Below, piece after piece: positions 27,301-55,338 of a stretch of DNA of 64,000 nt; within the stretch, counting starts at the first letter, position 1, and each line of letters starts with the position of its first letter. The stretch spans positions 13,082,001 to 13,146,000 of the forward strand of contig OZ281498.1 of the NCBI GenBank assembly GCA_965637545.1, given 5' to 3'. The position numbers and the translations under genes were made by a program. The DNA is from Phallusia mammillata. Lineage: Eukaryota. The notes under the pieces are model-generated. The model made no database searches, was not told where the DNA came from, and saw only the letters and a program-made list of their open reading frames with translations.

Positions 27301-30300
27301 TAACGTACGCAAGTCAACCTCACAAATCATCGATCAACCGATTTTAATTAAAGGTGGGCCGGTAATGTAATGAAGGTCGGTTGTGGGAGTTACAGTGAGA
27401 GACCCAAACGACCTGGGGTTGTTTTCAAAACTTCAAATGTCTGGGAGAGCAGCAGTGCTTTATGTAAGGGGGAAGACAAAGTCGAATGCTCCATTAGCTG
27501 CTATTGAGTGTCGTGCTTAGGGTGAATACTTGGTCTTTGCAAAAATCCAAATGACGTCAATGATAATCCATGGCGGTTGCACGACATTTTGAACCTCCAA
27601 ATAAGTCTTGTGTAGAGGTTAGACAAAACGGAAATTATGTCGAACCTCATGCAGTTGGCCCCACCCGGAAGGGGTAGATTTTCATTTACGAACGTAATGC
27701 GATTTCCAAGTTAGAAATATGATAAATGCCCAATTATTCATCACACATTCGCTTTGATTTGATGATTCACTTTAATGTAAGAACAACCATTTCACGCTTG
27801 AACGAAAATGCCCGTCGGTGAGTCACGTGGTGACATGACTAGGATACCTGCTCGGATAAACACAACTTGCACACTTGTATTGAAATTTCGTCCACCAGCT
27901 TAGGATGCGTCAACCAGGTGACAGACGTTCGTTCCGATATAAGTCATGCCACTTACCGTCAGCTTAGGGATTTGACCAATTTTTGTCAACAGTGAGTAAT
28001 TTCACGGGCTTCTGTGATCTTGAGTTCATATCGTTTCAGCGCCTTCGGCTGTTCTCGACGTCCGAGTGTCAGAAGTCGAACCAGACTCGTTTTACGTGTC
28101 TTGGAGTCCACCAGCAACCACCAATGGTCAGATTGTCGATTATGAAGTGATGGTTACATCGCTTGTGGACGGATATCCAGCCCCTTCCAGTGGCGAATAC
28201 ATAAACCGTACAACGGCTTTGCGCATTAAAGTGGAACCTCTTAAGCCATCATTTCGCTACATCATAAAGGTAATAGGATCTAAAAACATACATGCACCAG
28301 TATGGAATTTGCCGCAGGGCCACGTCTATATTTACTCGGTGCCGTGTAATCGAGCTTCGGTTGCATGTACATCGCATCGACCTTATACACACAGTATTCG
28401 TTGTTTTTTTTGTTTTTTTTCATTTCTAATATTTAAGGCTAAGCAACTTTTTACACAATTATGTTAACTTTGTTTAATTCACGCAGGTCAGAGCAAGAAC
28501 AAAAGAGGGTTATGGACCATTTAGCGCTCCAACCCGCGCCAAAACTGGTAATCGACCGACTGTCTCAGCAGAAAATCATCAGAGTGGACCTGAACCTGGG
28601 GTTGATATCTTACAACTCATCCTTGCTGTGGTTGGCGGAGTGGTACTCGTTCTCGCCGTTGTCGTCGTTATCTTTATTTGCCGAAGGTGAGTCTGAGGGC
28701 ACACGATTGTGATCAAGCTTGAATATTGGGCTCCTCCAACGATGGATGGCTTTCTTAAGTGGCTGTACTCTTTTGGGGGGACATCGATCCTTTTGCCTGC
28801 CAAAACGCCTATTGTGAATTATTGTTTTTAGCTTGTCTTATATTGAGTTAGTCTGACATGGTTTATTGCTAAAATTGCAACTGATGGATGTTGGTTTTAT
28901 TGCACATCCCCGATAATTCTTTTGCGTTGATTGCGCTGATTCGGTAACGATCTGTTAGCACCAGCGTGGTTTGTATCGATCCACAGCTTGTAGTATTAGA
29001 GCGGTCTTTGCGGTCAGGTAATGACCAAACATGGCGCGGAAATCGTTCCTGCCAAACAGGGTTGTTTACGGGCAGTTACGAAACAACGGCGCTTCGGTTT
29101 CCGAGACAAATCATCATTCATCGCGCACGATCTGCGGTTTGCTGCCTCACAAAATCCTGGCCTGCCTGACTAACGTGTCACGTGATCGACTTAATCCCCG
29201 CGGTGTGGTAAAGTTGATGGGATCGGGGTTTGGTGCGACATTTAAAAATGGTTTGAAACATTCCACCGTTTGCATAGGATCAATGCAGAGTACCTGAGCA
29301 AAGGCTTATCCGACCATAAAATGCGATTGACGCTGTAAGGTATATGAGACAAACTTTAAAACTGCAAGCTTAATATGTATGCCCTGGCATTTATGCACAG
29401 TTGATTGCGTGCGATCAAACCACAATGTGCCTGAAGTTTAGGTTGAGTGCGAAAGGCGATATTGCAACCCGTCATTGTCGGTTGTTACAACTCATATCGT
29501 TGTAAGTTTTGCGATGAGTCTGGGCTTGTGTTTAATCTTTCTGCATTAGTTTTGAAATCCATGCCACCCATGCTTATCAGGCAAGCGCAGATAGACAAGT
29601 TATACCACTGGCCGCTTGTCACGCAATATCTTTCACTTGCTTGAACTCTTTCTTAGCTTTACGTGATACAAGGCGTGACCCCGCCTTTATATACGCGGCA
29701 CTAGGGCGTGTCTGTGGTAAATGAAAATAGACTTTATGCATTCTTTCTTAGGTTGAAAGTAGCGTTGCATGGTAACGGGCATAAATATTTTAGAAATCTA
29801 GTTTTCAAAACTGAAATACGATCGTTTTGCAGTTGAATAAAACGTAAAATATACTGAACAAATAATAATTAGGAGCAGTGGATTTAGGTTCCAAATTAAA
29901 TAGGATTGTTGCAAGCAGTGGATTTAGGCTCCAAATTAAATAGGATTGTCTGGCCAAAATCAAGATATTGCAAATCGTTATTTGAAGTAATAAAATAAAA
30001 CGTGCTGAAACGTTGTTTTAGGCGTACAAAGGCGGCGAAGTCAGAAAAATCGGACGAGGAGAAGCGGCCGATGTTCAATGGAAGTTCAGTGAGTTTCAAC
30101 GGGTCGTTTCCATCCCAACACAAGACCTACATTGACCCAACCACTTACGAGGATCCACAAAGAGCCGTGCGAGATTTTACCAAGGAAATCGATGCTTCGT
30201 GTGTAAAGATCGAAGAAGTTATTGGAGGAGGTAAGTTTGGGTCCCCTGTATTTCAAAGGTCAAGTTTTGAAACTCAAAGACTTTTAGTTAAATACCATAG

Positions 30301-33300
30301 CGATATAAAAGGTTACACGAATGCCTACTAATCTGACAGCATTATATGCACACTATTAACATTTTTTTGATTTTGGAAAGTATTTGTTTGTTTTCTGTAT
30401 TTTTTACATTAAGCATAATTTTATTTTTTTCTATTTTATGATTTGCCACAAGCTATTTCTGGTGAATATTTATTATTTTCGGTTAAAAATGCCTGTGCAC
30501 TTTGTGATTAAATACGTCTGGTGCCAATCTTAATCCATCGTCTTAGACATCGCGAAAGTCTCGCCTTGAGTTGCATGATGAGCGATGTTCCGTCCCAAAA
30601 ACGTGAGATTAAGGACGCGACGCTATCTCCGGTGCATCTAAATCCTGTTAATTTGCGCAGTCACGCTAAAAGGCTTCTCTAAAACAGCAGCAGTGATAGA
30701 ATAAAATGCCGATACGACACTGCTGTTTCTGTAAAGGTTACGTACGTAAGCTGCTATGTAGGCACGCAATAAAAATTCTCTTGAATAAAGCGTGACCGAA
30801 TTTCCTGTAGTAACCTGTCCTTCGCCAATTTTTGCGACGGTCTTTCTCTGTTCTCTTTGTCCCTGGAAGTGGCGCAAAACAAATGGTAAATCTTAAAATC
30901 ACAAAAATGTGGGAAGACCAGAGCAGATTCACACAAATGAAAAGCGATAAACATCCGCACCCCAACCCTGTCGGCAAATAACGTGAAGATGTCTTAAATG
31001 ATATGGGAGCAGTCACCACTAAAATATTTGATTTTACACAAAATATTACAAGAAATATACTTTTGTCTTACTATAGTTGATTCCATTACAGGCGAATTCG
31101 GGGAAGTTTGTCGTGGACGTTTGCAACCAAACAACAAAAGTGAACGAGACGTAGCGATTAAGACTTTGAAATCGGGCTACAGTACGCAACAAAAATTGGA
31201 TTTTCTCGGCGAGGCATCAATTATGGGCCAGTTTGATCATCCCAATGTCATTCGACTCGAAGGTGTTGTTACCAAAAGTCGACCGTTGATGATCATCACC
31301 GAATTTATGGAAAACGGCTCACTTGACGTATTCCTCAGAGTAAGTCAATAGCTTTTCCACTGCGTGGTAAACAGGCTGTACCATGAAAAAGCAGTATTTT
31401 AGCATTACGCCAACAGGTGACCTAAATTGGCCACAAGTTTAAAACGCGGTAGTTAATCGGTATTTGTGTACATTTGCTTTGTTTGTCATTAGATATCGGG
31501 CGTCAACGTCAATCAGCCTGTAGAATTACGTAGTCGGCATTGCATAGTTGGGCTTGTCCGTCTTGCTGTCTGACAACTGTTATCTGCTCAGTTCCGTGCT
31601 TTCATCCATCAACTATTAGACTTCATGCTGTGAAGTTGACTTTGGGAAGCCCGGGTACCGTGAACATCCATACTTTTCAAGCGAAACGGCAAAGTATAAT
31701 GAATCTCAAGGGCAGGGAAACCGGGAAAGTGCCAAATCGAGGGATTTAGTTTCAAACCCGTCGTATTTTGGCATGTGTTTTCAGCCAATCCGCTCTCTGC
31801 AGATGATTATCGCAACCTGATAAGAGGCTTGTAGGTGGTGCGTCTGCCCAATGATGCATCTTCGAAACAACAGTGCGCTTGGCCCTAAAACACGACCTTT
31901 CATGGCAACAGGCGATGGAGCGTGAACGCCACTGAAATAATAGAGATCAAACACGTTTTGAGTGAATATTTGTCACGTAAACTAGTATTTGTGCGCAAAG
32001 TAAAGTACATGAGAGCAATGTCCCCCAGTCGCATTCCGTTTTTCGGGGACAAAACTCGCAAATTATTGACCCAAGCATTAACAGCTTAACGCCAAACGAT
32101 AGCTCGGTATCAGGTTACTGCAACCTTGAGAAACCAGTTCACAACCTCACAAAAACGTAACCCACCGATTTTCATTAGATTATAAGCAGGAAAATTGAAA
32201 AATTACGTCCTGGTTTGGGCAAATTTGTGGAACATTAAGCTATGCCTGAGTTGTTTGTCCCAAGCAATGCCTTATACAGACATTTCACAAATGCCATCTT
32301 GGGTGTTTAAAAAATTATGTTGCATTTTGCTTAACTTAATAAATTCAAACGTCACTTATTCATTGTAGAACCACGACAACCAGTTTACTGTGATCCAACT
32401 TGTCGGAATGCTCCGTAACATCGCAGCAGGAATGAAGTATCTTTCCGACATGGGTTATGTGCACAGAGATTTGGCTGCACGAAACATTCTTGTTAATGCT
32501 CAACTGATTTGCAAAGTGTCCGACTTCGGAATGAGTCGCGTTTTAGAAGAAGACTCTGAAGCTGCTTACACTGCCAGGGTAAGCTTAAACTACTGACTAA
32601 AATGCATAAGTGTAGTCTTTTATTTTTTTATCTGAAAAAAATATTGTACTGATTTTGTTAAATCGTTGCAGGGAGGTAAGATTCCCATTCGCTGGACGGC
32701 GCCAGAAGCATTCACCTTTCGCAAATTTACGTCGGCCAGTGACGTTTGGAGTTATGGAATCGTCATGTGGGAAGTGATGTCATATGGAGAGAGACCTTAC
32801 TGGGGAATGTCGAACCGAGATGTAAGTAATCTTTAACATCTCCAACTTATGTGTTTCCACCTATTTTGCTAGAGTTTTATTTCGTGCTTACAATTTGCAT
32901 TGCACTAAAGGTCATGAATGCTGTGGAGACTGGATACCGTTTACCAGCACCAATGGATTGTCCACAAGTTCAACACCGACTCATGCTTGATTGCTGGAAG
33001 AAAGATCGCAATCAGAGACCCAAGTTTGCACAGATTGTTGCGAATCTTGACAAAATGCTCCGAGAGCCAGCTCAGCTAAAGATCAAAGCCGGCCACGAGT
33101 AAGTTGTTAACCTGACATCTTTTTTAGGTGAACCAAATTAACTTTTTAACAAAGTGAAATGTTTTTATTTGGTCACAAACGGCTAATGTAAACCCGAACT
33201 AATTAAAGTTAACTGTACAAACTGTTCGATATATTAAGTAAAAAAATCCAGCTGACTACTTTGCAATCTTTAGCATTTTCCATCCCTCAACAATATTCAG

Positions 33301-34632
33301 TTGAGCAAATTTGTAAAGGTTAATTTGGGTCACTTTTGTTTTTCCTTTAGACGACCGCGAAACGGCAGGATCCCCAATGCCCACGGCCGCCCAACATCTG
33401 CACTAGGCCAAGCAACACCCAAACCTACCGACAACGCTCCTGCTTCCAGGACTGCATCTCCACCTCCGCACTCCTCATCCAATGGCGACTCTGGATACAG
33501 CAATGAGGAGACTGATGAGGATGTTCCCTTCATGACGACAACGAATGAACAGCTCAAGGCGGATTCTGTCAATGTTTCATCCTTAGGAGTATGGCTGGAT
33601 AGCATTGGACTTTCCCACTGCAAAGAAAGTTTTACGAGAAACGGTTGCACTTCACTTGAACAAGTTCTGCAGCTAACTCATAGGTAAGATCTGCAAACCA
33701 AATTGGAAGTACGTGTTTTAGCAAAGAACTTACCAAAGCATTAAATATTACTGTGGTGGAATAGTATTGGGATTAATACGAATTGGTTGTTTTAATTTAG
33801 TAGTTTAGCAGCCTTATTGTTTCATTTTATAACTTAACACTGAATGCGTATGACAATTACGATTAAAAGTAGTTTCAAATTTTGAAATTTTTGGTTACAG
33901 ATTAACATTTGTCTGCGTAGTAGTTGTGAGTTTACTACAATATTTTTCCTGTAAGCCTGAAAACGGCACCAATGTGCCGGGATTAATACAGTGACTTTAC
34001 GCCCCGTCAAGTTTTCCACCTGACTTAGTTCAAGTCAAGTTGAGAGTTTATCGCACAAATCTTGGGGTCATTGGGTCGACTGACGTTGGGGCTTGGGGGC
34101 AACGCTTCGTTGGGTTCGCGTACATTCTTGACATTTCGTCTGAGATGAAAACCTTAAACTCATTGTCTTCGCACCACAAAAATTCCACCCGACCCTGGCT
34201 TTCTGTTTTGTTTGATTTAAGATCTATAGGCCCTGCGCATCCGCGTTTAGTCTGCTGCCAAGTCGACTTGACAGCCAACATTTTGTATGCAAACATTTTT
34301 ATAATGGGTAACTACGTCAGCATAACGCTAATGGAGTTTAATAAGTAAACGCGATGTTGTTTTATTGTAGATTACTCACTATATAAGTATTGTGTGTTTC
34401 AAACACATTTATATTTGCCACAAATCGCAAACATTTTCCTATTTTGTGTCTCAACAGTGACATGGAACGAATGGGAATCGACAGCACAGAAGATCAAGAT
34501 CATCTCATTGAAACAATTCAGAAGATCTCGGGACAACAGGAAGAGCACCAAGATGCAGATCAAAGTAGATCAGCATCGACCATGTTACCTTCCTATAACG
34601 AGAGTCAACGTCTCACAGGGATTTCTGTGTGA
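9319..34632 (+). CDS. Eph: Eph receptor tyrosine kinase paralogue 2, complete, 20 coding exons, about 1092 aa, C-terminus GISV
   Basis: Exons 9319-9415 (signal peptide), 13536-13600 ([14 protein letters not shown]), 15267-15424, 15495-15618, 16452-16562, 16847-17005, 17481-17598, 21512-21667, 24442-24550, 26146-26290, 27063-27156, 28040-28269, 28487-28686 (TM), 30022-30230, 31092-31339, 32369-32578, 32672-32821, 32911-33098, 33351-33683, 34458-34632. All are GT-AG with consistent phases; total 3279 nt. All Eph domains and catalytic motifs are present. Exon 1 is the least certain. Confidence 0.95.
12592..12639. repeat. 16-bp direct repeat flanking an A-rich tract
   Basis: ATTGACATCCTAATGT at 12592-12607 and 12624-12639, separated by AAAAAAAAAGAAAAAT. 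Confidence 0.85.
29874..29949. repeat. Tandem duplication, period 40 bp
   Basis: AGCAGTGGATTTAGG(T/C)TCCAAATTAAATAGGATTGT starts at 29874 and at 29914, with one mismatch over 36 nt. Confidence 0.85.
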
Positions 34633-35366
34633 AAATAAACTGAACCGGTTGAGACCAACCTATGTATGAGTTGAATTTGTCCGAGAGTACAGAGCATAAA
34701 GTGGAGGAAAAACTTGATGGCAAAACGCTTCCGGCTGATTACAAAGTTCGGCATACTGTGCACATTAATTGACTTTGTGCGAGGACACATTGTACAGCTC
34801 AGGCCCATGACCAACTAATTTGCGCGTGAAATCGCAAAATCGACAATCATTTGTATTTCTGTTTGTCAGCTTTTGGGATTTCGTATGTTGCTTTGTAGTT
34901 GTGTGCAATTGTTGTTTGAAAGTTATATAATAACGTTTAGACATAAAAAATTGCTGTAAGTTGAAATCGTTTATTTCATCTCTGGTGTTTCTTGTTCGGA
35001 TCGCTATGTTCCTATTTTTCTTTCTTTTTGTTACATTATTATCTATGGTGTGCTTGCACACTTCGCAAAGTGGCTGTCAGCAGTATCCCAACTCCTTATT
35101 ATGCCTTGATAAGCTTTCAAACACTCCTGGTGAATGTGGTTTGCTTATAAAACACGCTGTATTTGTCTACAATAATAATACTTTTAAATGTTTAAATATT
35201 TCAATGTTGGTCGAAGTGCCTAATTTCATCGAAATTAAAACGCAGGTACTTTAAATTGGTGGGTACTTTAAGTTTACCTTTATCATATTCCTACTAATTC
35301 GCACACTGCTATTTATATGTTGCTGTATTTCCTTTGCTATACAGAATCGGGCAGATCTGTGTACTA

Positions 35367-35376
35367 AATAAATAAA
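35367..35376 (+). terminator. Candidate polyadenylation signal of Eph paralogue 2
   Basis: Overlapping AATAAA hexamers (AATAAATAAA) about 740 nt after the stop codon, followed by a T/GT-rich tract (TTTGTCGTTTTTTC). Confidence 0.45.
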
Positions 35377-36178
35377 AACCTTGTGAACTATTTGTCGTTT
35401 TTTCAACGAACAGTTTTCTTGCCTGCATCAATTTTGCACACTTAGGCCTTCTTTTTTGTTTTTCTCTGCAGCTAAAAAATAATCATGTTTCGCATGTATA
35501 TTGTAAAAATTTAAAGGTCCAAACGTTTTTGTTTTATTTTATTAATTTCAAAATGTAACGTTAGTTAATTTAAAAAGTAACGTGTGCAACTCAGAAATGT
35601 GCAATAAGATGTTCACACTCTGAATTTTTTATACATTTTAGAATAAAATTGAGATTATTTTATATCAAACGTATGTTGGCGTGTAACTACGTAGCTCATA
35701 ACCGATATCTGTTTTGGAATTTGTCACAAACGTCATAAACTGTTACCCAAGGGCATTCATCGATACTTTACAAACAATGGAACGGTCATTTCTTAACGAC
35801 CTGCTTCTACACAGGTCAATCCGACACATCAAAAGATTGATTTTTAAAAGTTTAACCTGATTTATAGAGCACCCCGAAAACTCATACTGCAATACTCCTT
35901 TTGTTATCCGATTGTGGTTAGCATGATTCAAAGTTTAAGTTGGAAATAAAGGCACGGTACTTGTTAGGATTAATGCTGTTTTAGCCTTCTACCACAAAGT
36001 CTCATGATATTTATCCGCTGATTGATTGAACAGATGTTGATTTTTGTTCACCAAAAATATTTGCTTTTTATCTTGCTGTATACCTCTAGTGGGAACTGAG
36101 GGAGCTTATAATTATTGCATTTAAAGTCGTCTTTTTTGCATTAATTTTACCTGCAAGGCATGGTCGAAGACAATAATG

Positions 36179-36198
36179 GCTTAGGGGCGCCCCTAAGC
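36179..36198. repeat. Perfect 20-bp palindrome
   Basis: GCTTAGGGGCGCCCCTAAGC equals its own reverse complement. Confidence 0.9.
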
Positions 36199-36836
36199 GA
36201 TTATAAATTTAATCCGTTAAGTATAGGACAAATATATTTTCTTTTCAGTTTACTTTCAGACGCAATCTTGAAGAAAAAAAACAGGTGAATATAACTTATA
36301 CATACTCATTACTATCTCCACAATTGGTAAAGATTTTATCTGTATACTTTTAGCAAAGTTTATTGGTTGCTATTGGAAACTGAGCACAGTGAACAAAACA
36401 AAATAAATAAAAAGTGGAGAAACAGCTAAACGCAAAAGCATCAAGGAAACGATTTGGTTAGTCAACTATGTTGCACGCAAATGTGGCGAAGCATAGAAAA
36501 AAAAACTTTGACACAAGTTAAACACGTTAGAAACGTACTTTGGTAGCTCAACTTTGGTAATCAATACTTTATGTCAGCGCAATCTTCAAGAGTCCGCTAT
36601 AAGCGCAATCGTCAAACATACAAGAAAGGCATAAGACGGACATGATAAATTAAGCGTAAGTGAGTACAGGAAACATCAATATAATGCGCAGGAGCAAATG
36701 GTATAAATAGAAAAGTATTGCTTTGGGTGCCCTATATTCTCGTGTCGTTATTTCCAGTCTATCTCTTTTTGTTTCATCTGAGTTGGATCCATTCCAATAA
36801 TGCTTTCACATCAAAGACGTTGATTGCAATTTGTTT

Positions 36837-54725
<17,889 letters not shown>

Positions 54726-55338
54726 TGTATGCTAAGTTTAACTACACCTTTCTCAAAGGCAGTTTGAGACGTGGAACGATATGATATAATCTGCAACAGT
54801 TATTCGCACTTGTTCGTCTGTTCTGTTCCACTAATGATAAACCAGACCGCGCTTTCAATCGGCTGAGAAGATTTCTTTTTTCCTTTTTTTAGCCTAGGAA
54901 CTCTTTGGCGCTTGATGCGGCATGTATTGTGCATTTATTAATCCGCTAGTGGGTTTCTATTTTGTTTTGTACTTTGACTAGTCATTGCTCGTTTTATGGT
55001 ACTGTATCACTTTATGGTCCATGTGGCTGTTAACTTTTTTTGCAGGCAGTTTCTGGCCGACTTAGCTAAATGTGCTTTCGATGCTTCTGTGCTAACAAAT
55101 ATTAATATTTCTATGCCAACTAAGAACTAAGAAGTAAGAACGCACGTAAAAAGTAAACACTGAATTTGTCATTTGTTCAGGTTCGGGCCAAAGGTGAAGC
55201 TCAGTGTTAGTAGCTCTACCCAGAATTTCATAGCTTCTGTTCAATACGAATCGACGTGCGTTGTTGAAGATCGTATGCTAATGAAAAAATACACACTAAT
55301 TCTTTTGACGAAACTGAACCTTTAAACTTTCCAGGATA
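54726..55338. promoter_or_regulatory. Candidate shared (bidirectional) promoter region between Eph paralogue 3 and COMMD4
   Basis: The divergent start codons are only 613 bp apart. Inferred from the arrangement; transcription start sites cannot be seen in the sequence. Confidence 0.4.

Noticed and set aside
27350-27680. GC-richer block in Eph-2 intron 11 that looks SINE-like
   Set aside because: No convincing A/B boxes, tail, TSD or second copy in the window; a repeat-library search is needed.
29680-29712. TATA-like TATATAAAG with a GC box on the minus strand in Eph-2 intron 13
   Set aside because: The motifs are short, the GC box is on the wrong side for a promoter, and there is no downstream gene evidence.
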